64,000 bases of DNA from Anaeromyxobacteraceae bacterium (GCA_047602405.1 JASGHJ010000002.1:2368001-2432000); one strand, 5' to 3'; shown: positions 18,451-28,532, counted from the first letter of the stretch. Made by a program: numbers and translations. Notes: generated by a model from the sequence alone, not told the origin.

Positions 18451-19997
18451 CCGCCGCGCTCGCCGCGGCCGTGCTCGCCCTGCCCGGCGCCGCCGGCGCG
18501 GAGCCGGCGCGGTACGCCGTCGTGGCGGGCAACGACGCCGGACTCCCCCCCGACGCGCCGCTGCGCTGGGCGGAGGCGGACGCCGAGCGGGTCGCGGCCG
18601 CGCTCGCGGAGGTCGGCGGCGTGCCCGCCGAGAACGTGGTGCTGCTGCGCGGCCAGGACGCCGGGGCGCTCCGCCGCGCGCTCATCGCGGTGAACGAGCG
18701 GGTGCGCCTCGCCGGCCGCGAGGCGGTGCTCTTCGTCTACTACTCCGGCCACGCCGACGCCGACGCGCTGCACCTCGGCGCGTCCGCGCTGCAGCTCGCG
18801 GAGCTCGAGCAGCTCGTGCGCGGCTCCGCCGCGACCTTCCGGCTGCTCGTGCTCGACGCCTGCCGCTCCGGCGCGCTGACCCGGGTGAAGGGGGGCCGTC
18901 CCATCCCGCCCTTCGAGCTCAAGGCGAGCGAGCGCGCCCCGGGCGAGGGCGCGGTGTTCCTCACCTCGAGCTCGGCGTCGGAGGACAGCCAGGAGTCGGA
19001 CGAGCTGCGCGGGAGCTTCTTCACGCACGCGCTCCTCTCCGGCCTCCTCGGCGCCGCCGACGAGGACGGCGACGGCCGGGTGACGCTCGAGGAGGTCTAC
19101 CGCCACGCCTACGCGGCGACGCTCCGCAACACGAGCCGCACCTGGGCCGGCACGCAGCACCCGACCTTCCAGTACGACGTGCGCGGCCAGGGCGACGTCG
19201 TGCTCGCCACCCTGCCCTCGACGGGCGGCGGCCGGGGCTGGCTCGCGCTCCCGGAGGGGCAGGACTGGCTCGTGTTCCGCGACTCGGCCGACGGGCCGGT
19301 GGTGGGCGAGGTGGCCCGGGCCGACCGCGCGCGGCGCCTCTCGGTGAAGCCGGGCACCTACTTCGTGCGCGGCCGCGGCGCCGACGTGCTCCTCGAGGGC
19401 GAGCTCGCGGCCACGGCGGGCGGCACCGCGGCGCCGGATCCCGCGCGCCTCCGGCGCACCGCGTACGCGCGCCTGGTGAGGAAGGGGCTCTCCGACCTGG
19501 GCCTCTCGGGCTCGGTCGAGCTCGAGGGGCGGACGCGCGTCGCGCTCTCCTCGGAGGGGCGCACCTGCACGGGCGCGGCGGCGGGCGTGGCGGTCGCGCT
19601 CCGCCCGCTCACGCTGCAGGCCCGGTTCGGCTGGTGCCGGAGCGGCTTCGAGCAGGGCCCGCTCCGCGCGACCACCGAGGGCTTCGACCTCGAGGTCGGC
19701 GCGACGCGGGTCTGGGACGTCGGCGCCGGCACCGTGGAGCTCGGCGTGCTCGCCGGGAGCGCGGTGCTCCAGCAGCGCTTCCGGACGCCGGGGGTCGCGC
19801 CGTCCCGCACGAGCGCGGCGCTCCAGCTCGCCCCGGTGCTCTCCGCCTCGCGAGACCTCGGCGCGCGGACCTACGTCTACGCCTCGCTCTCCGGGGCGAC
19901 GTACCTCTTCCGCCTCGAGGACGGCGAGCGGCAGTCGGTCCGCTTCGCGCCCTCGTTCGCGCCGCGCGGCGCGCTCGGGCTCGGCGTGAGGTGGTGA
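18429..19997 (+). CDS. Exported caspase-family (peptidase C14) protein with probable C-terminal outer-membrane beta-barrel
   Basis: TTG after AGGAG; signal peptide; YYSGHA and LDACRSG catalytic dyad; ESDELRGSFFTH; EF-hand-like DEDGDGRVTLEE; alternating beta-strand pattern ending LGLGVRW. Confidence 0.85.
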   Translation: MVLREALAAALAAAVLALPGAAGAEPARYAVVAGNDAGLPPDAPLRWAEADAERVAAALAEVGGVPAENVVLLRGQDAGALRRALIAVNERVRLAGREAVLFVYYSGHADADALHLGASALQLAELEQLVRGSAATFRLLVLDACRSGALTRVKGGRPIPPFELKASERAPGEGAVFLTSSSASEDSQESDELRGSFFTHALLSGLLGAADEDGDGRVTLEEVYRHAYAATLRNTSRTWAGTQHPTFQYDVRGQGDVVLATLPSTGGGRGWLALPEGQDWLVFRDSADGPVVGEVARADRARRLSVKPGTYFVRGRGADVLLEGELAATAGGTAAPDPARLRRTAYARLVRKGLSDLGLSGSVELEGRTRVALSSEGRTCTGAAAGVAVALRPLTLQARFGWCRSGFEQGPLRATTEGFDLEVGATRVWDVGAGTVELGVLAGSAVLQQRFRTPGVAPSRTSAALQLAPVLSASRDLGARTYVYASLSGATYLFRLEDGERQSVRFAPSFAPRGALGLGVRW

Positions 19998-20014
19998 CCG
20001 CGCCGGGCGGCGCG

Positions 20015-20767
20015 CTACCGGCCCGCGAGCCCGCGCAGGTGCCCGAGCACCATCTCCAGCCCCTCCCTGCGCGTGTAGAGGTCGGGCGGCCCCTCGAGCA
20101 GCCCGTCGGCCATCACCCGCGCGACCTCCTCGACCGGCTGCGCGCCCGGCAGCGCGCGCGAGTCGGGGCCGCCGCCGAGCGCGTTCACGCCGAACTCCGT
20201 GGCCACGACGCCGGGCAGCACCGTCACGAGCCTCAGGCCGGGCGCGTCGTTCGCGAGCTCGAGCCGGGCCGTCTCGGTGAGCGAGTCGAGCGCGGCCTTC
20301 GCGGCGGAGTAGGCCGAGCGGAGGGTCGCGACCGGCACGCGCGAGAGCATCGAGGAGACGTTCGCGACCACGCCGGTCCCGCGCGCCTTCATGTGCGGGA
20401 TCGCGACCTGCATGCCGTACAGGGCGGACCGGAGGTTGTCGCGGAACACCACCTCGAGGTCCTCGTCGGTCAGCGCGAGCCAGGGCTTCGTGATGCCTCG
20501 CCCGGCGTTGTTGACCCACACGTCCACCCGGCCGAACCGCGCGAGCGCCGCCGCGAGGGCGCGCTCGTGGTCGGCCCTGCGCGTCACGTCGCCCGCCACG
20601 AGCTCGGCGGCCGCGAGGCCGCGCGCGACCTCCCGGAGCTTCTCCTCCCGCCGCGCCACGAGCACGAGCCTCGCCCCGCGCCGATCGAGCTCCGCCGCGA
20701 GCGCCGCGCCGATGCCCGCGCTCGCGCCCGTCACCACCACCACCTGCTCCGCCCAGGTCTTCGCCAT
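20015..20767 (-). CDS. SDR family oxidoreductase
   Basis: TGASAGIG, NNAG, YSAAK. Confidence 0.92.
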   Translation of the reverse strand: MAKTWAEQVVVVTGASAGIGAALAAELDRRGARLVLVARREEKLREVARGLAAAELVAGDVTRRADHERALAAALARFGRVDVWVNNAGRGITKPWLALTDEDLEVVFRDNLRSALYGMQVAIPHMKARGTGVVANVSSMLSRVPVATLRSAYSAAKAALDSLTETARLELANDAPGLRLVTVLPGVVATEFGVNALGGGPDSRALPGAQPVEEVARVMADGLLEGPPDLYTRREGLEMVLGHLRGLAGR

Positions 20768-20862
20768 GGCCACCTTGTAGCGCAGCCCCGGCGCCCCCGC
20801 AGGGACGCGGGCGTCCGGGCGCGCGGTCCCCGGCGCGACCGGCGGCGCGCTACAACCGAGGC

Positions 20863-21465
20863 ATGGACGATCCCGCCCAGCCCGCCCCACCTCCGGCCCG
20901 ACCGGCGTGGTGGCGGCCGACCCTCGAGCGCGTCGCCGCCGGGACCGCCGTCGTGGTCTCGCTCGCCTCGCTCTTCATCGCGTGGCGGCAGAGCGACGTG
21001 ATGGAGCGCCAGCTCGCCGCGAGCGTGTGGCCGTCGCTCACCTACGAGCACGGCAACGCGGGGCCCGCGGGCGAGGACCTCGTCGTGCTCTCGCTCCGGA
21101 ACGGCGGGATCGGGCCGGCGCGCCTCAGGGCCTTCGAGGTCGCGTGGCAGGGCGCCGCCATGACCGACAGCGCGGCGCTCATCCGGGCGGCCTGCGGCGA
21201 CAAGCTGGGCGGCTACACGATCTCCACCGCGCCCGTGCGCGGCGTCCTGCCGGCGGGTGGGGAGCTCGCCTTCCTGCAGGTGAACCCGCAGCGCGCGGGC
21301 CGGCCCCTCTACGACTGCCTGAACAGGGCGCGCTTCGCGCTCGACGGGCAGGTCTGCTACTGCTCGGCGCTGGAGGAGTGCTGGGTCGCGACGTTCCGGG
21401 ACCCGGAGCCGCGGCCGGTGGCGGACTGCCGGGCCGCGGCCGCGCGCCCGCAGTACCGGGAGTGA
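20863..21465 (+). CDS. Hypothetical membrane-anchored protein
   Basis: N-terminal TM helix; ASVWP, N.GIGPA, CYCS.LEECW; GAGG RBS. Confidence 0.7.
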   Translation: MDDPAQPAPPPARPAWWRPTLERVAAGTAVVVSLASLFIAWRQSDVMERQLAASVWPSLTYEHGNAGPAGEDLVVLSLRNGGIGPARLRAFEVAWQGAAMTDSAALIRAACGDKLGGYTISTAPVRGVLPAGGELAFLQVNPQRAGRPLYDCLNRARFALDGQVCYCSALEECWVATFRDPEPRPVADCRAAAARPQYRE

Positions 21466-21486
21466 GGGCGGCGCGGCCGCGCCGGG

Positions 21487-21930
21487 TCAGTTCCTCATCG
21501 ACTTCGTGCGGTAGCCGCCGAAGGCGGTGCGGCCGCCGTACTCGGCCTGGAGCAGGTCGTCGATGTCGTCGGCGAGCTGGCCGAGGACGCCGCAGGCGCG
21601 CACGACGTGCTCGGAGACGAGCGGCTCGGTGGGCACGTCGACCACGCCGAAGATGGTGCGCTGGACGCCGACGAGCCGCGCGAGGTGGAGCTGGCCGTTG
21701 AGCGCGTTCAGCTGGTTCAGGAGCTTGTCGTCGAGCTCCACGTCGGAGAGGACCGGGGAGTAGACGCGCACGAGCGGCGGCGTCTCGAGCACGCGCACGT
21801 AGACCGCCGCCGAGCCGAACCGGACCAGGAGATCGCCGTCCTGGTCGGGCTCGAGCTCCGGGTTGTTGGTCGCCTTGCGCAGCTCGGTGAGGAGCGCGGC
21901 GCGGGTCTCGAGCACGTCGCCTGAGGTCAT
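21487..21930 (-). CDS. YbjN / T3SS-chaperone-like domain protein
   Basis: DQDGDL.VR.GSA.VYV, LL..LN.LN, AD..DD.LQ..YGG pattern; 147 aa, acidic. Confidence 0.7.
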   Translation of the reverse strand: MTSGDVLETRAALLTELRKATNNPELEPDQDGDLLVRFGSAAVYVRVLETPPLVRVYSPVLSDVELDDKLLNQLNALNGQLHLARLVGVQRTIFGVVDVPTEPLVSEHVVRACGVLGQLADDIDDLLQAEYGGRTAFGGYRTKSMRN

Positions 21931-21939
21931 CCCGGAAGC

Positions 21940-22785
21940 TTAACCCGGGACGATCGCGCCCGTCAGGTGGGGCTTCACGCCGTCCCCGTCCTTGAGCGCG
22001 AACGCCGTGCGGGCGCCCTCGCGGGTCGCGTGCAGCGTCACCGCGCCGGGCAGGAGCACCGGCAGCTTGAACGCGGTCTCGACGGTGCACGCCCCTTCCG
22101 GCGCGCCGAGCTCCGCGACGCAGCGCGCGAGCGACCACATGCCGTGCACGATCGCGCGCGGGAACCCGAAGAGCCGCGCGGTCGGGCCGGAGAGGTGGAT
22201 TGGGTTCCAGTCGCCGGACGCCGAGGCGTAGCGGCGGCCCTGGTCGGCGGGGAGCTCCCACCGGGCGAGCGGCGCCGGGGGCGCATCCGGGGCAGCCGGC
22301 GGCGGGGCCTTCTTGCCGCCCCCGCCCGCGCCCGGCGCGCGCGCCAGCAGCACCGCCACCTCGCGCCACGCGAGCTCGCCGTCGTGGCGGACCTCGGTCA
22401 CGAGGTCGTACTCCTGGCCGCGCTCCGTGTCGCGCGGGCCCTCGATCGCGCAGCGCAGGTCGAGCGGCTCGCGATCGGGCAGCGGCCGGTGCACCTGGAT
22501 CGTGTTGCGGAGGTGCACGAGGCCGAGGAAGCGGACCGGGAAGCGCGGACCGGTGATGAGCGCGAGGTGGAGCGGGTTCGCGAGCGCGTGCGGGTACGTG
22601 AGCGGGAGCGCCCCCTCCCCGCGGAAGCCGCAGACCGCGCGGTAGGCGGCGAGGGCGGCCGGCGGGGGGACGACGTCGCGGGCCTCGAGCACGGCGCCCT
22701 CGACCCGGTGACCGGAGGGCGCGACCGCGGGGCGGCGGCCGAGGAGCATGCGGGCGTAGGACGGCCAGAGGGCGGGGAGCGTCAT
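21940..22785 (-). CDS. MaoC/PaaZ-type double hot-dog acyl dehydratase
   Basis: GRRYA..SGD.NPIHL...ARLFGFPRAI.HGMW, FKLPV.LP. Confidence 0.88.
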   Translation of the reverse strand: MTLPALWPSYARMLLGRRPAVAPSGHRVEGAVLEARDVVPPPAALAAYRAVCGFRGEGALPLTYPHALANPLHLALITGPRFPVRFLGLVHLRNTIQVHRPLPDREPLDLRCAIEGPRDTERGQEYDLVTEVRHDGELAWREVAVLLARAPGAGGGGKKAPPPAAPDAPPAPLARWELPADQGRRYASASGDWNPIHLSGPTARLFGFPRAIVHGMWSLARCVAELGAPEGACTVETAFKLPVLLPGAVTLHATREGARTAFALKDGDGVKPHLTGAIVPG

Positions 22786-22954
22786 GGCCGTGGAGTCTAC
22801 GCCCATTCCGGCGCCGCGCGGGGCGCTGCGACGGAAGGTCTCACCCGGGGAAAACCGTGACCTCTGGTGAACCTCGCGCGCGCTGTCGCGCGGCCCTTGG
22901 TCGCTACCCGGACGGTCACGGCCCTCCCGAGGCGCGGCGGACGACGATCGCGGC

Positions 22955-23944
22955 GTGACGACGCGTTCTCAGCCGACGCCGGGCGAGGGGTTCTCCTCCA
23001 CGCCTCCGACGCACCGGCGGGTCTGGGTCGACCTCCTCCTCTACCCCACGCACACCCTGCCGACCGCCGCGGCGCCGCTGCTCGTCGGGATCGGGATCGG
23101 GATCCACGAGCGGGTGCCCGCGCCCCTCCCCGTCCTCGTCGCGTTCCTCGGCAGCTGGTTCGTGCACCTCGCGGGCGTGTTCACCGACAACCACGAGCTC
23201 CTGCGGCGGCACCCCGGGCTCGAGGAGCACCCCGAGCTCTCGGCGGCGCTCCGGGACGGCACCCTGCGGCTCTCCGGGCTCCGCGCCGCGATCGCGCTCT
23301 GCCTCGCGCTCGCGCTCGCGACGGCGCCGTGGCTGTACGCCCTCGGCGGCGCGCCGGTGCTCGTGCTGGGGGCGGTCGGCGTCGCGGCGAGCCTCGCGTA
23401 CCACGGCTGGCCGGTCGCGTACGTGCGCGCGGGGCTCGCCGATCCGGTGTTCCTCGTGCTCTTCGGCGTGGTCGGCGTCGCGGGGACGGTCCACATCCAG
23501 TTCGCCGCCGCGCAGGGCGCCCAGGGCGCGGCGGAGCCGTGGCGGCTCCTCGCGGGGCTCCCGCCGGCGACCTGGTGGGCCGGCCTCCCGTGCGGCGCCC
23601 TCGTCACGAGCGTCATGCTGGTGGACGACCTCCGCGACCGGGCCTGGGATCGGCTGAAGGGCTGGCGCACCGGAGCGGTGCGCTTCGGTCCGCGGGCGGT
23701 GAAGGCGGAGATCACCGCCCTCGTGGCGTTCGCCGTGGTGGGCCCGGTCGCGGCGTGGCTCGTCGGCGCGCTCGGGGCCGGGGCGCTCGCGACGCTCGCG
23801 GCGGCGCCGCTCGCGATCGGGGCGGTGCGCGCGGTCCGGACGGGCGAGACGCCCCAGGCGCTCTTCCCGGTCTCGCCGCGGATGGCGCGGCTCGCGCTCG
23901 TGCACTCCGCGCTGCTGGGGCTCGGGCTCGCGCTCGCCGGCTGA
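22955..23944 (+). CDS. UbiA-family prenyltransferase (MenA-like)
   Basis: Multiple TM helices; RVW...L.P.HTLP.A.APL, GLAD..F..FG, DDLRD...D..KG.RT.AVRFG. Confidence 0.72.
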   Translation: MTTRSQPTPGEGFSSTPPTHRRVWVDLLLYPTHTLPTAAAPLLVGIGIGIHERVPAPLPVLVAFLGSWFVHLAGVFTDNHELLRRHPGLEEHPELSAALRDGTLRLSGLRAAIALCLALALATAPWLYALGGAPVLVLGAVGVAASLAYHGWPVAYVRAGLADPVFLVLFGVVGVAGTVHIQFAAAQGAQGAAEPWRLLAGLPPATWWAGLPCGALVTSVMLVDDLRDRAWDRLKGWRTGAVRFGPRAVKAEITALVAFAVVGPVAAWLVGALGAGALATLAAAPLAIGAVRAVRTGETPQALFPVSPRMARLALVHSALLGLGLALAG

Positions 23945-23969
23945 CGGCGCGACGCCGCGGCCGCCCCGG

Positions 23970-24917
23970 CTACCGGCTCGACCCCGCGACGTCCTCGGTC
24001 CCGCGCGTGAGCCACCAGGCGGCCACGATGGGCGCGGCGGTCACGAGCATCACCGTGAGCGCGACGACGTTCGTGATGGGCACCTCCCGCGGGCGCCCGA
24101 GCTGGTTGAGCAGCCAGATCGGCAAGGTCCGCTCGTGGCCCGCCGTGAACGTGGTGACGATGATCTCGTCGAAGGAGAGGCCGAACGCGAGGATCCCGCC
24201 CGCGAGCAGCGCGGTCGCGAGCTGCGGCAGGACCACCCGGCGGAAGGTCTGGAAGCTGTCGGCCCCGAGATCCATCGAGGCCTCGACGAGGCTCACCGGC
24301 AGCCGCCGCAGCCGGGCCACGACGTTGTTGTAGACGACCACCACGCAGAAGGTCGCGTGGCCGACCGCGATGGTCCAGAAGCCCGTGTCCACCTCGGCGA
24401 GCCGGAACGCGGAGAGGAGCGCGATGCCGGTGATGATGCCGGGCAGCGCGATCGGGAGGATGAAGACGAGGGTGATGGCGTCCTTCGCCGGGAAGCGCCG
24501 GCGGGCGAGCGCGAGCGCCGCGAGGGTCCCGAGCACGAGCGCGAGGAGCGTCGCGAGGAGCGCGATGCGCGCCGAGAGCGAGATGGCCGCGAGCACGTCC
24601 TCGCGCGCCGCCGCCCGCGCGAACCAGCGCAGCGTGAACCCGCGCGGCGGGAAGGAGAACGCGCTCTCCTCCGTGTTGAAGGCGTAGAGCGCGACCACGA
24701 GGATCGGGAAGTGCAGGAAGGCGATGCCGCCCCAGGCCAGCACGGAGAGCCAGAGCGGCGCGCGCGGGCGGTCCGTGGGACCGATCCGGGGCGGGGCCCC
24801 CGCGAGCTTCGCTCGACGAGGCGGGGGCGTTGCCCCCGGAAGCCCGATCCGGGGTGGGGCCCCGGCGAGCTTCGCTCGACGGGGCGGGGGCGTTGCCCCC
24901 GGAAGCTCAGAGCGCAT
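23970..24917 (-). CDS. Polyamine-type ABC permease (PotC/YdcV-like)
   Basis: [26 protein letters not shown]-terminus carries a 2x21-aa repeat. Confidence 0.9.
   Translation of the reverse strand: MRSELPGATPPPRRAKLAGAPPRIGLPGATPPPRRAKLAGAPPRIGPTDRPRAPLWLSVLAWGGIAFLHFPILVVALYAFNTEESAFSFPPRGFTLRWFARAAAREDVLAAISLSARIALLATLLALVLGTLAALALARRRFPAKDAITLVFILPIALPGIITGIALLSAFRLAEVDTGFWTIAVGHATFCVVVVYNNVVARLRRLPVSLVEASMDLGADSFQTFRRVVLPQLATALLAGGILAFGLSFDEIIVTTFTAGHERTLPIWLLNQLGRPREVPITNVVALTVMLVTAAPIVAAWWLTRGTEDVAGSSR
24781..24906. repeat. 63-bp tandem duplication of a palindromic element, in frame
   Basis: Units 24781-24843 and 24844-24906 differ at 3 positions; each holds CGAGC-TTC-GCTCG and GGGGGC-GTT-GCCCCC hairpins. 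Confidence 0.92.
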
Positions 24918-25812
24918 CGAACGCCCCCAGCCGGCGCGCGGCGACGAGGTAGAGGGAGACGATCGCGATGGGCACGACCGTGAAGGCCGCGGCGAGCGGC
25001 ACGTTCCCCACCGAGCCCTGCAGCGTGTAGACCATCGTGCCGATCTGCAGCCCCGGCGGGCCGACGAGCTGCGGGATGATGTAGTCGCCGAGCGTGAGGG
25101 AGAACGTGAAGATCGAGCCCGCCACCACGCCCGGGAATGCGAGCGGCAGGAGCACCCGCCGGAACGTCTGGCCCGGGCGGGCGCCGAGGTCGGCCGAGGC
25201 CTGCAGGAGGTTCTCCGGCACGCGCTCGATGGCCGCCTGCGTGGGCAGGATCATGTACGGCAGCCAGACGTAGGTGAAGACGAGGAACCGCCCCAGGTTC
25301 GAGGTGGAGAGCGAGGACCCGCCCACCACCGGCAGCGCCAGCACCGCCTCGAGCGCCGGCACGAGGCCGAGCCGGTCGAGGGTCCAGTACACCACCCCGC
25401 CCTTCGCGAGGATCACCGTCCAGGCGTACGCCTTCACGATGTAGCTCGCCCACATCGGGAGCATCACCGCGACGTACAGGAAGCCCCTGAGGCCGCCGCG
25501 CGCGTACCGCGCCATGTAGTAGGCGATGGGGAAGCCCAGCACGGCGCAGGCGAGCGTGACCGCGCCCGCCATCCCCACCGTGCGCAGCACGATGTCGAGG
25601 TTCGCGGCCTGGAGGAGCTTCGCGTAGTTCGCCCCGGTGAGCGCGGGCGAGACCGTCATCGCGAAGTCGTCGAAGGTGTACGTGCTCTGCCAGACGAGCG
25701 CGCCCAGCGAGCCGAGGTAGACGACCCCGAACCACAGGAGCGGCGGCACGAGCAGGAGGAGGAGCTGCGCGCCGCTCCGGCGGTACAGCCAGGTGGAGAG
25801 CGCGCCGGTCAC
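24907..25812 (-). CDS. Polyamine-type ABC permease (PotB/YdcU-like)
   Basis: [31 protein letters not shown]. Confidence 0.9.
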   Translation of the reverse strand: MTGALSTWLYRRSGAQLLLLLVPPLLWFGVVYLGSLGALVWQSTYTFDDFAMTVSPALTGANYAKLLQAANLDIVLRTVGMAGAVTLACAVLGFPIAYYMARYARGGLRGFLYVAVMLPMWASYIVKAYAWTVILAKGGVVYWTLDRLGLVPALEAVLALPVVGGSSLSTSNLGRFLVFTYVWLPYMILPTQAAIERVPENLLQASADLGARPGQTFRRVLLPLAFPGVVAGSIFTFSLTLGDYIIPQLVGPPGLQIGTMVYTLQGSVGNVPLAAAFTVVPIAIVSLYLVAARRLGAFDAL

Positions 25813-26810
25813 GCGGGGTCGAGCTCCACCATCGCCGCTCGCGCCCAGGCGAGCCGCACCGGCTCGCCTTCCCGCGGCGCCTCCCCGGCCTCGCTCGCGA
25901 GCGCGACCGTGAGCACCGCGCCGTCCACCTCGACCTCGAAGCGGCTCGTGGGGCCGTGGTACTGCACGTCGAGGAGCCTGCCCTCGACGCCGACCTCCGT
26001 GCCGGCGGGCGCCCCGAAGCGGATGTGCTCCGGCCGGATCGACACCGGCCGCTCGCCGCCCGTCACCCGGCGGGCGAGCGCGCCCTCGAGGACGTTGGCC
26101 GTGCCGACGAAGGATGCGACGAACCGGGTGCGGGGCCGCCCGTACAGCCCGCGCGGCGTGTCGACCTGCTCGATGCGCCCACGGTTGAAGACCGCGATCC
26201 GGTCGGACATCGACAGGGCCTCGCCCTGGTCGTGCGTGACGTAGACGAAGGTGATCCCGAGCCGGCGCTGCAGCCCCTTGAGCTCGGTCTGCATGCGCTC
26301 GCGGAGCTTCAGGTCGAGGGCCCCGAGCGGCTCGTCGAGGAGCAGCACCCGGGGCCGGTTCACGAGCGCGCGGGCGAGGGCGACGCGCTGCCGCTGGCCG
26401 CCCGAGAGCTGCCCCGGGCGCCGCTCGCCGAGCCCGGAGAGCGCCACGAGCTCGAGCGCGGCCTCCGCCTCGCGGGCGCGCTCGGCCCGGCCGACCCCCT
26501 TCACCGCGAGGCCGTACGCGACGTTCTCGAGCACGGAGAGGTGCGGGAAGAGCGCGTAGTCCTGGAACACCGTGTTGACGTCGCGCTCGTACGGCGGGAG
26601 CCGCGAGGCGTCGACGCCGTGGAGCGCGAGGGTCCCCGCCCCCGGGAGCTCGAACCCGGCGATGAGCCTGAGGCAGGTGGTCTTGCCCGAGCCGGAGGGG
26701 CCGAGGAGCGAGAAGAACTCGCCGTCCTCGATGGACAGCGAGATCCCGTCCACGGCCCTCACCGGCCCGTAATGGCGTGAGACGTCCCTGAGCTCTACGG
26801 CGACGCTCAC
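25809..26810 (-). CDS. Polyamine-type ABC ATPase (PotA/YdcT-like)
   Basis: GPSGSGKT, TVFQDYALFPH, LSGGQRQR, LLDEPLGALD; GTG overlaps the SBP stop. Confidence 0.92.
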   Translation of the reverse strand: MSVAVELRDVSRHYGPVRAVDGISLSIEDGEFFSLLGPSGSGKTTCLRLIAGFELPGAGTLALHGVDASRLPPYERDVNTVFQDYALFPHLSVLENVAYGLAVKGVGRAERAREAEAALELVALSGLGERRPGQLSGGQRQRVALARALVNRPRVLLLDEPLGALDLKLRERMQTELKGLQRRLGITFVYVTHDQGEALSMSDRIAVFNRGRIEQVDTPRGLYGRPRTRFVASFVGTANVLEGALARRVTGGERPVSIRPEHIRFGAPAGTEVGVEGRLLDVQYHGPTSRFEVEVDGAVLTVALASEAGEAPREGEPVRLAWARAAMVELDPA

Positions 26811-27979
26811 CGCCCGCCCATGATGGCGATGTAGTCGGTCACCCAGCGCGAGTACGGGACGCAGGTGCCCTGGCTCTTGCACGCCGCGGTCGGCGTCCGC
26901 CAGAAGTGGACCTCGGCGAAGCGCTCGAAGCCGTTCACCTTGCAGACGTCGAGCCCGCCCGGCGCCGGGACCTTGCAGGCCTCGGGCACGACCGGCACCG
27001 ACCCGAACCACTCCGCGAGGGCAGACTGGAGCTTCGTGTCGAGCGACCACTCCATCCACCTGTAGGCGCAGACCGGGTTCTTCGCGCTCGCGTGGAGCAT
27101 GGTCGTGTCCGCCCACCCGGTGGAGCCCTCGGCCGGGATGGTGGCGGCGACGGGCTGCTTCTCCGCGGCGAGCGCGTTCGCCATGTAGCCCCACGACGAC
27201 GACGCGACCACGCCCTCGTTCTTGAAGTCGCTCATCTGCACGGTGGCGTCGTGCCAGTAGCGGTGCGCGAGCCCCTTCTGCTGGCGGAGCAGCGCGAGCG
27301 CCGCCTCGTACTGCTTGTCGTTGAGCTCGTACGGATCGGTGATGCCGAGGTCGGGCTTCTTCTTCATGAGGTAGAGCGCGGCGTCGGCCACGTAGATCGG
27401 GCCGTCGTACGCCTGCACCCGCCCCTTGTTCGGCTTGCCGTCCGGGAGCTTCTGCGGCTCGAAGACCACCGCCCAGGAGGTCGGGGCGGTCTTGAAGGTC
27501 TTCGTGTTGTACATGAGGACGTTCGGGCCCCACTGGTAGGGCACGCCGTACGCCTTGCCGTCGACGGTGTACCAGGGCGCGCCCTTCAGGCGGTCGTCGA
27601 CGGCCTTGTACGAGGGCACCCTGGCGAGGTCCACGGGCTGGACCGCCTTCGCGGCCACGAGCCGGAGGCTCGCGTCGCCCGAGGCCGTCACGAGGTCGTA
27701 CTCGCCCTTCGACGAGGTCATGAGCTGCACCATCTCGTCGGAGGTCGCGGCGGTCTTCACGGTGACCTTGCAGCCGGTCTCCTTCTCGAACCGGGTGACC
27801 CAGTCGTAGTTCTTGTCGGTCTCGCCGCGCTCGATGTAGCCGGGCCAGGCGATGATGTTCACCTGCCCCTCGGGCTTCGGGGGCTCGGGGTTGACGGGGG
27901 GCGGCGGCGGGGGCGGCGCGTCCTTCTTGCATGCCGCGAGCGCGAGGGCCGCCGCGGCGACGAGCATCGTCCTCTTCAT
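26807..27979 (-). CDS. ABC substrate-binding lipoprotein (YdcS/PotD-like)
   Basis: Lipobox LAA-C, Pro-rich linker, AWPGYIERGETDKNYDWV..FEKETGC as in YdcS-type proteins; GGAG RBS. Confidence 0.9.
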   Translation of the reverse strand: MKRTMLVAAAALALAACKKDAPPPPPPPVNPEPPKPEGQVNIIAWPGYIERGETDKNYDWVTRFEKETGCKVTVKTAATSDEMVQLMTSSKGEYDLVTASGDASLRLVAAKAVQPVDLARVPSYKAVDDRLKGAPWYTVDGKAYGVPYQWGPNVLMYNTKTFKTAPTSWAVVFEPQKLPDGKPNKGRVQAYDGPIYVADAALYLMKKKPDLGITDPYELNDKQYEAALALLRQQKGLAHRYWHDATVQMSDFKNEGVVASSSWGYMANALAAEKQPVAATIPAEGSTGWADTTMLHASAKNPVCAYRWMEWSLDTKLQSALAEWFGSVPVVPEACKVPAPGGLDVCKVNGFERFAEVHFWRTPTAACKSQGTCVPYSRWVTDYIAIMGGR

Positions 27980-28106
27980 GCGTCACTCTCCTTCGTCGTG
28001 CCCCTCGGTGAACGTCGGGGGAGGGCACGCCGCGAGAGTGTAGGGCCCGGCGTCCGGCCGAGCCGCAGGTTTTCTGCCCGTGGAGGCGGGGGAACCCGCC
28101 CGGGAT

Positions 28107-28532
28107 CTACTCGCGGCTCGACAGCCAGCGCAGCGCGACGATCGCGAGCGCCGCCGGCGCGACGACGCGCACGACCTTCCAGGACCGCCGCTCCCACGAA
28201 TCCACGCGGTCCGCGAGGAGCAGCATCGTCCAGTGGCGCATGGCGTGGTCGGGGTGGCGGTACGCCGCCCGCCGGAGCAGGCCCGACAGGCCGCGGAGCG
28301 GCACGGCGGTGCCGAACACCGGCGGCATGGGCTTCCCGGGCCGGCCGTGGCGCGGGACCGACGGCGTGCCGGACTGCCGCGCCGGGTGGGGCCGCGCGTT
28401 CACGAGCGGCTCCGGGCGCCGCTCCTTCGGGACCCCGGGCCGGCGCGACGGGTCGAGGTCGTGGCCCGCGTACGCGGGCCGGCCGGGGCCGGGCGTGATG
28501 CCGGGGCCGGCGGCGGGGTTCGGCTGCTCCAT
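28107..28532 (-). CDS. Hypothetical Pro-rich protein with C-terminal hydrophobic helix
   Basis: AAGGAG RBS; RRPGVP.E, PVFGT..P.RGLSG.LRR.AY, HW..LL.ADRVD. Confidence 0.7.
   Translation of the reverse strand: MEQPNPAAGPGITPGPGRPAYAGHDLDPSRRPGVPKERRPEPLVNARPHPARQSGTPSVPRHGRPGKPMPPVFGTAVPLRGLSGLLRRAAYRHPDHAMRHWTMLLLADRVDSWERRSWKVVRVVAPAALAIVALRWLSSRE

Noticed and set aside
24781..24906. Possible CRISPR array
   Set aside because: Only two adjacent 63-bp units, no unique spacers and no cas genes
27895..27918. Poly-Pro/G-rich run as a phase-variable tract
   Set aside because: Encodes an ordinary lipoprotein Pro linker with mixed codons; frame intact
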